Below, one piece after another: positions 1-7,575 of a DNA stretch of 43,826 nucleotides. How positions within the stretch are numbered: position 1 is the stretch's first letter; each line of letters starts with the position of its first letter. The position numbers and the translations under genes were made by a program. The notes beneath the pieces are model-generated. The model had not been told where the DNA came from and did not search any database. It worked only from the letters and a program-made list of their open reading frames with translations. Origin of the DNA: a virus (Duplodnaviria; Caudoviricetes); IMG/VR virus record IMGVR_UViG_3300028586_000767, positions 1 through 43,826 of that record; one strand, given 5' to 3'.

Positions 1-1257
1 GTGCTGACGGATCTGCAGTGCAAATCGCCGCCGGCGGACGGGAAGTCGAAATTATTCGACGGGCATGGTCTCTATCTGGAGATATTGAAGTCCGGCGCGC
101 GCTCCTGGCGGTGGAAATATCGCATCCACGGCAAGGAAAAGCGACTCACGTTCGGCCTTTATCCGGACGTCTCACTGAAGAAGGCGCGAATCGCGCGCGA
201 GCAGGCAGCCGCGCTGCTGCGGACGGGTGTGGATCCGTCGATCGATCGGGTGCTGCAGGCGGCACAGGCAGCAGCAGCGGGCGAACATACGTTCAAGTCG
301 GTAGCGCTGACGTGGCACGCCAGTCAGGTTCCACTCTTCAAGCCGCGGCATGCGGCGCACGTCCTGCGTACCTTGGAGAACGACGTGTTTCCCGCAATCG
401 GCAAGATGCCGATCTCGCAGGTCACGTCGCCGCAGATCGTCACTCTGCTTCGGAAGATCGAGGCGCGCGGTTCGGCCGACGTCGCGCACCGCTGCCGGCA
501 GCGGATCTCCGACATCTTCGTGCATGCGATCGCCAGCGCGATCGCGACCAACAATCCGGCCGCAGAGATGGGCAAGGCGCTCGGCCGGGTACGGCACCGT
601 CATTACCCTGCGGTCCAAACGATCGCTCACGCGAGGGAACTGCTGAGGGTTGTCGAGGTGCGGCCGGCCTACCCGCTGACGCGCCTAGCGTCGCGCCTTC
701 TGGCGTTGACGGCGGTAAGGTCGGGGGTGCTGCGCTTGGCGGAAGTGCACGAGTTCGAGGACTTGGATGGCGATGCACCGATTTGGCGCATTCCGGCTAT
801 CAAGATGAAATTGGCTCAGGAACGCCGCAACGATCCAGCATTCGAGTTTGTCGTTCCGTTGTCGCGGCAGGCCGTCGAGATCGTGAAGGTAGCGATCAGC
901 TTCAGCGGTACGACTGGACTGATTTTCCGATCGATCAGGTTTGCCAAGCGGCCGCTCAGCGACAGCACGATCAGCAAACTGTATCGGGAAGCCGGCTACG
1001 CCGCGATCCACGTGCCGCACGGTTGGCGGGCAACGTTCTCGACTGTCATGAACCGGCTCGCAGCCGAGGAGGGGCGGAAGGGCGACCGAGAGATCGTCGA
1101 CCTCATGTTGGCGCATATCGATGGAAGCACGGAGGCGATCTACAATCGATATGCTTACATGCCCCGGCGTCGCGAGATCGCGCAGGAATGGGCGGACTTG
1201 CTGACCGTCGATCTGCTGGAGCCAGCCCAGCTGCTCGAGGGGTCGCGGCACTCCTGA
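1..1257 (+). CDS. int: P4-type tyrosine integrase with N-terminal arm-binding domain (int1, probable prophage integrase)
   Basis: KLFDGHGLYL..WRWKYR..GKEKRLTFGLYP arm domain; catalytic R (TAVR), HGWR, LAH, Y (AIYNR). Confidence 0.95.
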   Translation: MLTDLQCKSPPADGKSKLFDGHGLYLEILKSGARSWRWKYRIHGKEKRLTFGLYPDVSLKKARIAREQAAALLRTGVDPSIDRVLQAAQAAAAGEHTFKSVALTWHASQVPLFKPRHAAHVLRTLENDVFPAIGKMPISQVTSPQIVTLLRKIEARGSADVAHRCRQRISDIFVHAIASAIATNNPAAEMGKALGRVRHRHYPAVQTIAHARELLRVVEVRPAYPLTRLASRLLALTAVRSGVLRLAEVHEFEDLDGDAPIWRIPAIKMKLAQERRNDPAFEFVVPLSRQAVEIVKVAISFSGTTGLIFRSIRFAKRPLSDSTISKLYREAGYAAIHVPHGWRATFSTVMNRLAAEEGRKGDREIVDLMLAHIDGSTEAIYNRYAYMPRRREIAQEWADLLTVDLLEPAQLLEGSRHS

Positions 1258-1270
1258 TTGATGGTGCAGC

Positions 1271-2044
1271 GTGAGCGCCGGTGGCAACCGCCTCGCGGCT
1301 GCGAATGCCGCCCGTGCGGCGCGGCACCAGCTTAGGCAGACCAGCTCGGCCCTACAGGGCCTGCGCCGCGGCACCAGCTCGGACGTCCGCCGCAACAGCT
1401 ACCACGCCGGCGATCGCGAGAAGCGCGAGTGGGCAAAGCACAACACGTTCTCCGCGGCAGTGCGTAACGAGCGCCTCCGCCAGGTGCGCGCCTGGTCGAT
1501 GAGCCCCGCGCAGAAGAAGGCGGGGAACCGCCGGGGCCCGCTGAGCTTCCGCACGCCCCATGTCTACGACGTCATCATGAGCTTCCGGAACTTCGAGAAC
1601 GGCGCATGCTTCCCTTCGATCAAGGGCATTGCACGTCGCGCGAATGTCGCGATTGCGACCGTCGACAAAGCGATCAAGGAGCTGGTCGACGCTGGCTTGC
1701 TCGGAAAGCTGCTCCGCACCCGCCCGGTCGAAGATCCTGATCCCAAGGGGCCGCAGGTCGAACAGATCACGACGGCCTACTGGTTCCTGGTACCGACGTG
1801 GCTGGCAAAGGCGCTCAAGGCGAAGTTCGGCTCCGCCCCTAAGCCCGACGACCAGGTGCAACGCGAGCAGGACGACGCAGCGCACGTTCAGCGCATGCTC
1901 GACACGTTGTCGGCCGAGGAGCTGGCCGCGTTCCGCCTCGGCGATCAAACCGTTCTCGCGAAGGCCCTCGCAAGCTACGGCCGCGCGCATGATCGAATAG
2001 CGCGATTCCAATCTGTCGAAACTATCAGGGTCGCGAAGATATAA
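1271..2044 (+). CDS. Helix-turn-helix (HTH_36-like) replication initiator protein
   Basis: NFENGACFPSIKGIARRANVAIATVDKAIKELVDAGLL winged HTH and PQVEQITTAYWF motif typical of alphaproteobacterial RepA-like proteins; no other replication gene seen. Confidence 0.7.
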   Translation: MSAGGNRLAAANAARAARHQLRQTSSALQGLRRGTSSDVRRNSYHAGDREKREWAKHNTFSAAVRNERLRQVRAWSMSPAQKKAGNRRGPLSFRTPHVYDVIMSFRNFENGACFPSIKGIARRANVAIATVDKAIKELVDAGLLGKLLRTRPVEDPDPKGPQVEQITTAYWFLVPTWLAKALKAKFGSAPKPDDQVQREQDDAAHVQRMLDTLSAEELAAFRLGDQTVLAKALASYGRAHDRIARFQSVETIRVAKI

Positions 2045-2254
2045 TAACAAGGAATGGGACCGCTTTGGCGGCCCCATGCTCCAGTATGTTGCTCCCCCAA
2101 TGCCGAAACGGCCCGCCTCAAGCACCCGACCGCCAAGACCCGGCTGTCGGAACGAGGCGGCTTGCGCCGCCCCGGGCTGCCGAGGGGGAGGAGCACGGAC
2201 GGTGCCAACCGCCTCACGCGTCGCGCATGCGGCGCTGTCGAAGATGAGCCCCAA

Positions 2255-2626
2255 ATGACGCCGCTCGATCGGATTACCGACTGCCGTTTCGACCGCACAC
2301 GCCAGTGGGCGGCACGACTGGCGATCTGTCGCTTCGTCAGCGGTCGCGGTGACGCAACCCACCCCGCATGGCGAATTGGATCGAACGCCCCGCTCGGCTC
2401 GATCGCGGCCGACGACTGGGAGGCGTTCGAACATGAGCCATGTCAATTCTGCGGTGCGCCTGGCGCCGACATTCTCGGCGGTGGCGGCGGTGGGGTCGGC
2501 ATGGAATACTGCCGGGCATGCGGCAACGACTGGATCGTCGGCGACTACGACTGGCGAAATCTCGCGGACTGTCTGCGGTACCGCGAAGATCTAGCGGCCG
2601 GACTCGTCCAGCCCGACTCGATCTAG
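2255..2626 (+). CDS. Hypothetical protein with CxxC...CxxC zinc-ribbon motif (start uncertain; ORF open from 2054)
   Basis: CQFC and CRAC pairs; stop overlaps the int2 stop. Confidence 0.5.
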   Translation: MTPLDRITDCRFDRTRQWAARLAICRFVSGRGDATHPAWRIGSNAPLGSIAADDWEAFEHEPCQFCGAPGADILGGGGGGVGMEYCRACGNDWIVGDYDWRNLADCLRYREDLAAGLVQPDSI

Positions 2627-3840
2627 TCGACCGATATCGGCGCGGCCGGCGCCAACAGATCCGCCCACTCCTGGAACAGATCGCGCAGGCGCTGAAGGCG
2701 CTCGCTCCGATCGTACGCCGCTTTGACCTTGTCCTTCGGCGTATGCGCCAGCGCCCGCTCGATGTCGGCGCCGTCCGATCCCCGCTCGTTCATCACCGTC
2801 GAGAACGATGCGCGCCAACCGTGCGGGACATGCCGCCCCTCGAACCCCGCGCGATCGTACAGCGCGCCGATCGACTTCTCGCCGATCATCCGGCCCGCGC
2901 CGCAATCGAAGATCAAACCATGCATATTTGCATCGTCCTGATGCATATTCGCGCGGACCTCGCGCAGCAGCGCGACCGCCTGGTGCGATAGCGGCACCGC
3001 GTGGTCATTCTTCGCATCGAGCTTCTTCGCTGCCGCCAGCTTCATCCGAGCGGCCGGTACCCGCCACAGCGGCGCGTCCCCGTCGAGATCCTCGATCTCC
3101 TCCCAGCGCGCGCCGCGGACCGCGGCGAAGCGGACCGCAGTCAGCGCCAAGAATCGCGACGCGTGTTTCACTACCGGCGCGACGTCGACCAGCTCGGCCG
3201 CGGCGAGCAGCGCGCGCGCATCCTCGATCTCGAGCAGCGCCGGATGATGCTGTGCCGGCGCTGGCGGGGTGAGCGCGCGGCTGACGATCGCCGCGGGATC
3301 CTGGTCGACCAGGTCCTCCGCCATCGCATAGGCGAATACGGCCGAGATCCGCTGGCGGACGCGGCTGGCGGTGACTAGGCTGCCGCGCTCTTCGATGACG
3401 CGCAGCGCGTTCAGGATTACGGGCACGGTGACCGCGCCGATCGGCATCGCGCCGATCGCCGGGAAGACGTCGCGCTCGAGGCTCGCCATCACGTCGCCGG
3501 CATGCACGTCTGTCCAGCGCCGGCGCATATGCGCGTGCCACTGGCGCGCGACGTTTTCGAAAGCACGTGCCTTGCCGGTTTGCGCAAGTTCGCAAGTCCG
3601 AGGATCCTCGCCGCGGCCGAGCTGCTCGCGCACCTGGTCGCACCGGGCCCGGGCAGCGTCTAGCGACACTTCGGGAACGGCGCCGATCGTTAGCAGCTGC
3701 TCCTTGCCCCCGAGACGGTACTTCACGCGGAAGGACTTCCGGCCGGTCGGCGCGACGTAGAGGTGCAGGCCGGCCTGGTCGAACAACTTGTAGGCGGTCG
3801 CGCGCGGCCGCGCGGCTTTCACCGCTGCGTTGGTCAGCAT
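2623..3840 (-). CDS. Second P4-type tyrosine integrase (int2), paralog of int1
   Basis: MLTNAAVKAARPRATAYKLFDQAGLHLYV arm domain; TAVR, RMK, HGWR, LAH, AAYDR catalytic motifs intact; GAGGA RBS before ATG 3840. Confidence 0.93.
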   Translation of the reverse strand: MLTNAAVKAARPRATAYKLFDQAGLHLYVAPTGRKSFRVKYRLGGKEQLLTIGAVPEVSLDAARARCDQVREQLGRGEDPRTCELAQTGKARAFENVARQWHAHMRRRWTDVHAGDVMASLERDVFPAIGAMPIGAVTVPVILNALRVIEERGSLVTASRVRQRISAVFAYAMAEDLVDQDPAAIVSRALTPPAPAQHHPALLEIEDARALLAAAELVDVAPVVKHASRFLALTAVRFAAVRGARWEEIEDLDGDAPLWRVPAARMKLAAAKKLDAKNDHAVPLSHQAVALLREVRANMHQDDANMHGLIFDCGAGRMIGEKSIGALYDRAGFEGRHVPHGWRASFSTVMNERGSDGADIERALAHTPKDKVKAAYDRSERLQRLRDLFQEWADLLAPAAPISVD

Positions 3841-3862
3841 AGAATGATCCTCGGAGGTCAGA

Positions 3863-4105
3863 ATGGCTGGAAAAACGATGATCGAGCGTGTGGCGCGCGA
3901 GATGGCAGGCGCGGACAACGGGGCTCCGACTACCTGGCGGCTCTACGCAGGCGACGCGCGTGTCGCGATCGCCGCCATGCGGAAATTGACGGACCATGTT
4001 CGCCGCGCAGGCGAGGAGGCGATCGAGAGCCACTCCACAGGTGCGCCGGTCGACTTGGTCTGGAAGGCGATGATCGACGCCGCGCTCGCCGAGAATATTG
4101 AATGA
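3863..4105 (+). CDS. Small phage hypothetical protein
   Basis: GGAGG RBS; MIERVAR..W..Y...AR.AI.AMR...VWKAMIDAAL pattern common in alphaproteobacterial phages. Confidence 0.7.
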   Translation: MAGKTMIERVAREMAGADNGAPTTWRLYAGDARVAIAAMRKLTDHVRRAGEEAIESHSTGAPVDLVWKAMIDAALAENIE

Positions 4106-4127
4106 CGGTGTAAGGCCCGACGCTTCG

Positions 4128-4159
4128 TTATGCATTTATGCGCATATTTATGCATAAAT
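4128..4159. promoter_or_regulatory. AT-rich TTATGC repeat cluster with perfect 14-bp palindrome ATTTATGCATAAAT
   Basis: TTATGCAT/TTATGCGC/TTATGCAT; palindrome at 4146-4159. Confidence 0.45.
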
Positions 4160-4211
4160 GACGGCTTCGCCGCTTGGACCGGCCGGCCAGAAAATAGCCG
4201 GTCCACCCGCC

Positions 4212-4300
4212 GTTACGGCGGAGAAGCCCTCCGCCGTAACTACGGGTTTGCGCGGGTTTCGGTGCGGGCCATACCCCGATTTCGCGTCATCGATACCCCG
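4212..4300 (+). repeat. att-like site A: core CGGCGGA-GAAGCCC-TCCGCCG plus two ATACCCCG arm-like repeats
   Basis: 12-bp perfect inverted repeat 4212-4240; ATACCCCG at 4271 and 4293 (22-bp spacing). Confidence 0.7.
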
Positions 4301-4350
4301 GCCGCATACGCCCACTTGCGGGCATTCGTCGGCAAGGCCAGAGTGCAGCC

Positions 4351-4593
4351 ATGCGCTACGCCCGCTTTGCAGCTTGGTTCCGAAAGGATACCAGCCTGAC
4401 CTTCTGGTCGATCGTCGCAGTCGCTAGCCTTATGTGGGTTTTGACGCTCCTAGACTATGCGTTCGGACTCGGGTGGGGCTGGGATAGGCGAGGCCTATGG
4501 GCCGCCCCGCTGGTGCTGCTGATCGCAACTACCGTTCGCCTCGGGCAGGCAGCGGTCGGCAAGCTCATGACCCACCTTTCGAACGTCCGCTAA
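4351..4593 (+). CDS. Small two-TM membrane protein (cassette 1)
   Basis: Two hydrophobic stretches; stop codon lies inside the GAACGTCCGCTAA repeat. Confidence 0.6.
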   Translation: MRYARFAAWFRKDTSLTFWSIVAVASLMWVLTLLDYAFGLGWGWDRRGLWAAPLVLLIATTVRLGQAAVGKLMTHLSNVR

Positions 4594-4673
4594 CCTTCCC
4601 ATCTCGGCCGTTCCGCTATCGCCCAATACTGGACGCTCGGGTTGCGAATCACGGCTCCCGAAAGCGGTCATTC
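4581..4673. repeat. Cluster of CCGC-N-CCCA-N-CGG-CRTTC imperfect palindromic repeats
   Basis: GAACGTCCG...CGGCCGTTC 4581-4613, degenerate copy 4613-4638, CCCGAAAGCGGTCATTC 4657-4673; related units at 4301-4327, 5505-5532, 6175-6203. Confidence 0.6.
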
Positions 4674-4706
4674 GTTCAGCGCGATGTTTTTCGGTCCGGT
4701 CACTCC

Positions 4707-4734
4707 TGATGCAAAAATCAAGATTTTCGCATCA
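4707..4734. repeat. 28-bp palindromic site TGATGCAAAAA-TCAAGA-TTTTCGCATCA
   Basis: 11-6-11 inverted-repeat layout, repeated at 5369 and 5534. Confidence 0.75.
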
Positions 4735-4782
4735 AGCAAATGGTAAGCCAACGGTTACGACGTGCCAAACGCCGAGGCCCGA

Positions 4783-5286
4783 CTATCTAACGTTCCAAGA
4801 GTTTAAGCAGCGGGAATACCAAGCGTTCGATTTAACTCGCATTATACAAAGAAGCCCATAAGCGGAAAAATTGCCGCCAGATGATACTTCAACAAGGGCG
4901 ATCTGGCCGTCTGAGGAAATTATAGGTTGGGAAAAAGCTACCCAGCCCCTCCCCTGAACTCCCAAAGATTCCGAACCCACCCGTCCCTTCCACTGACAAG
5001 AAGGAACGAAAGGGCCGTGTGGGGTGAGACCTTGCATCATCGCCAAATCGGCGAACTCGCTATTAGTCAAATCCATTGCTTCTTTATATTTTACAACAAA
5101 CTTTTTGATATCGGAGATTTCGTTCGTAGCTGCTTTAACGTTCGAAGGGTATATCTCCCGACCATCGCGATCAAAACCCGAGTAGGCGGCCTGTAAAAGA
5201 GAGCAAATCTCTGGCGACGTCGGCACGGCTTTCACAGCAGGCGTTGATAGGCTCAGTGCGGCAATAATTCCTGCAATAAACATCAA
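4783..5286 (-). CDS. Secreted hypothetical protein (cassette 2), AT-richer than the phage backbone
   Basis: Signal-peptide-like N terminus; GAGGG RBS; 167 aa. Confidence 0.7.
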   Translation of the reverse strand: MMFIAGIIAALSLSTPAVKAVPTSPEICSLLQAAYSGFDRDGREIYPSNVKAATNEISDIKKFVVKYKEAMDLTNSEFADLAMMQGLTPHGPFVPSCQWKGRVGSESLGVQGRGWVAFSQPIISSDGQIALVEVSSGGNFSAYGLLCIMRVKSNAWYSRCLNSWNVR

Positions 5287-5368
5287 AATTCCCTCTGCTC
5301 ACGGCAGCAGTTCAAAACTGTTTACCCAAAAGTGCCCCGTCGCCTAACCACCTACTTGGCGCTGTTCC

Positions 5369-5396
5369 TGATGCAAAAATCACGGATCTCGCATCG
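5369..5396. repeat. 28-bp palindromic site TGATGCAAAAA-TCACGG-ATCTCGCATCG
   Basis: Same family as 4707-4734; a half-site CGATGCAAAAA follows at 5429-5439. Confidence 0.7.
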
Positions 5397-5441
5397 GGCA
5401 GAGAACGGCTGGAAAGCTGGGTGTCCGCCGATGCAAAAACC

Positions 5442-5532
5442 TGATGCATTTGGCGAGCGCATTCGATGCCAGGTTTACCAGGGTGCGGCCCCGAAAGCCG
5501 CCTGGCCGCTTTCCTTCCCATTCCGGTCATTC
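5442..5532 (+). repeat. ~90-bp direct repeat, copy 1
   Basis: TGATGCATT..GGCGA.CGCATTCGATG.CAGGTTTACCAGGGTGCGGCCCCGAAAGCCGCC.GGCCGCTTTCCT..CCATTCCG..CATTC, near-identical to 6111-6203. Confidence 0.9.
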
Positions 5533-5533
5533 G

Positions 5534-5561
5534 TGGTGCAAAAATCAAAGATTTTGCATCA
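5534..5561. repeat. 28-bp palindromic site TGGTGCAAAAA-TCAAAG-ATTTTGCATCA
   Basis: Same family; its last 3 bp (TCA) are the stop codon of the 5559-6029 gene. Confidence 0.75.
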
Positions 5562-6029
5562 ATTTGGCGCATACAAATCTGGTCCCACTTCCTGTTCAGG
5601 CTGTGACTTACCCCCTATTCCCGTCATTTTGTCCCGTGCCCAGACAATGCTGAGTGTCCGCGCCATTGAACGCCCTCGTTCGGCGTAGGGTCGCCCAGCG
5701 GCGGTAATGAGCACGTCGTGATCGAGATTGCATCCAATCGAAACTCTATCCAACCATCCAAGACCAACAAGGGCACGGTCGATCTTCGAGCGCTCAACTG
5801 CGGAAAGGCGATGTGAAAGCCCGTTGATGTCAACAACCCTTACTGTCCCATCGCGATATTCGAACTCGGCATTAACCTCGCCGATGGTGCGACAAAGAAC
5901 GCGTTCGCGTTTGGCAAAGGAGACCGGCTGAAGTGAGCGCCAGTAGGCAGACGTCTCACCAATTGAGGGCGAAGGAGGAGCAGACGGGCGCGAGGCGGCG
6001 ACTTGAAGCAGCAGGGCGACGACGAACAA
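5559..6029 (-). CDS. Secreted hypothetical protein (cassette 3)
   Basis: AAGGAG RBS before TTG; short signal-like N terminus followed by Pro/Ser linker. Confidence 0.65.
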   Translation of the reverse strand: MFVVALLLQVAASRPSAPPSPSIGETSAYWRSLQPVSFAKRERVLCRTIGEVNAEFEYRDGTVRVVDINGLSHRLSAVERSKIDRALVGLGWLDRVSIGCNLDHDVLITAAGRPYAERGRSMARTLSIVWARDKMTGIGGKSQPEQEVGPDLYAPN

Positions 6030-6091
6030 GGCAGGTCTCCTTCGATCTGTCGTCTATGACATATGATTTCTGATCGCCATATCCTGCTTCC

Positions 6092-6203
6092 TGATGCGAA
6101 ATTCACGGATTGATGCATTTTTGGCGATCGCATTCGATGGCAGGTTTACCAGGGTGCGGCCCCGAAAGCCGCCCGGCCGCTTTCCTCCCCCATTCCGACA
6201 TTC
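6092..6203 (+). repeat. Degenerate 28-bp site (TGATGCGAAAT-TCACGG-AT..) fused to ~90-bp direct repeat copy 2 (6111-6203)
   Basis: Direct match to 5442-5532; spacer TCACGG identical to that of site 5369. Confidence 0.85.
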
Positions 6204-6208
6204 CCGGA

Positions 6209-6292
6209 CGGCGGATATTCCCTCCGCCGCAGTGACGCTTTTCTGCGGTTTTTCAGCGCCTAGTACCCCGGTTCGGGGCAGGTGATACCCCG
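6209..6292 (+). repeat. att-like site B: core CGGCGGA-TATTCCC-TCCGCCG plus GTACCCCG/ATACCCCG arm-like repeats
   Basis: Collinear with site A: same core arms, arms at 6263 and 6285 (22-bp spacing). Confidence 0.7.
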
Positions 6293-6357
6293 CCCCGAAC
6301 CGCAGATAGCTACTCGAAAGCACGAAGTTTCAGGCGCTTGCGCTGCGAGACGTCCGG

Positions 6358-7575
6358 CTATTGCGCGGTGTACCGCTGGAGCGTCTGCGCCTCGATGTCG
6401 TAGCCCGGCCCGGTTTCGTGGACGCCGTCGGCCGTCAGCCCATTGCCGACCGCGCCGGCGCGACCGCCGAGCAGCGCTTCGTCATCCTGGAACGCGCAGC
6501 CGTTCGACGACGCCAGCGTCACCAGCGCGGACTTCCACTGCGCACGCGTCGCGTCGGCGCCATAGGACGGCGACGTCCCGCCGATCGACGGCCATTCGAG
6601 GATGCAGTCGCCGGTCACCTTCGCCTTGGTGATGATCGCCTGGATGTCGGCAACCGACGTCGCCAGTGGCACAGCCGTGTTGAGGTTGTTGGTCCACAGG
6701 TTGATGATCGTCAGGTCGGGAGCATACGCGGCCAGAGCGTTCAGCGGCGACCATGCGGCCGTCGCGTCCGCCTGATAGCCGCTGACGACGCCGTACACGG
6801 CGAAGTTGCTGATCTCGATCCCCGGAACCGCGCTGTCCCACGCGATCATGCCGGCGATCTCGACATACCCGCCGGACGTGCGGGTGATGCTGATCGGGCT
6901 GGCGTCCTTCGTCGCGAAGGTGATCTCGGAGCGGATGATCGCGTTCGTAGCGTTCTGCGCGTTGATCGTGAACGTCTCGCTGCCCTTGGTGAGGGTGAAG
7001 GTGCCCTCGCCGGGACGCTGGACGTAGAAGATCGAGGCGCGATCGACCGCCACGGACGGCTGGAACGTTCCCGGGTTCGTGTTGCCGGTTGCAAGCGAAG
7101 CGCCGCCCAGCGACACGACGCCGCCCGACCAACCGGAGAACCCGCTGCGCCGCGGATCATAGGCGAGGACGTCGGCGATCGACGACATACCGCCGGCGCC
7201 GAACCAGCTGTTGGTCCGGGTCGGTAGACCGGACTGGCCGAGCAACACCGCGAGGCGCGACGGCCGCGACAAGCCGAACGCGTTGACCGTGAACTTCGGA
7301 CCGGTGCCGGCACCCGCGCCGAACGTCTTGCTGTCGCCGGGGAACGCGATCTTGCAGGTCGACACCAGGGCGAGGCGAAGTTTGGCGCGGCAGGTCCGCC
7401 ACTTCGTGAGCGACGCGCCCTGCATGCTCGCCTCGCGGGCGAGCGTCACATTTTGCTGCTGCGCCTGCACCGCCAGGCCGCGCGCGGCCGGATCGACCTG
7501 CGCCGTCGCCGGCGTCGCGATCATACCGAAGGCGGCGAGCGCCAACAGCAGCCGCATGATCATCGAGCCGATCAC
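6358..7575 (-). CDS. Secreted SGNH/GDSL-family esterase
   Basis: Signal peptide (..ATPATA-Q); blocks GDS (FPGDSKTFG), NFAVYG, NLWTNN, DGVH. Confidence 0.8.
   Translation of the reverse strand: MIGSMIMRLLLALAAFGMIATPATAQVDPAARGLAVQAQQQNVTLAREASMQGASLTKWRTCRAKLRLALVSTCKIAFPGDSKTFGAGAGTGPKFTVNAFGLSRPSRLAVLLGQSGLPTRTNSWFGAGGMSSIADVLAYDPRRSGFSGWSGGVVSLGGASLATGNTNPGTFQPSVAVDRASIFYVQRPGEGTFTLTKGSETFTINAQNATNAIIRSEITFATKDASPISITRTSGGYVEIAGMIAWDSAVPGIEISNFAVYGVVSGYQADATAAWSPLNALAAYAPDLTIINLWTNNLNTAVPLATSVADIQAIITKAKVTGDCILEWPSIGGTSPSYGADATRAQWKSALVTLASSNGCAFQDDEALLGGRAGAVGNGLTADGVHETGPGYDIEAQTLQRYTAQ

Noticed and set aside
18-1274. 418-aa alternative-frame ORF overlapping int1
   Set aside because: Arg/Gly/Ala-rich shadow frame typical of high-GC DNA; equal length is coincidental and there are no motifs
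1990-2175. Replication origin after rep (AT-rich patch and GGCGGC-TTGC-GCCGCC hairpin)
   Set aside because: Plausible by position but no iterons or recognisable nick site; too weak to call
4137-4159. XerCD dif site
   Set aside because: TGCGCATA and TTATG..AAAT resemble dif arms but there is no 6-bp central spacer
4301-6203. Classical integron or CRISPR array
   Set aside because: Int2 is an arm-domain P4-type enzyme, not IntI. GTTRRRY-like heptamers (4786, 5342) do not form attC structures. Repeats are not regularly spaced and no cas genes are present
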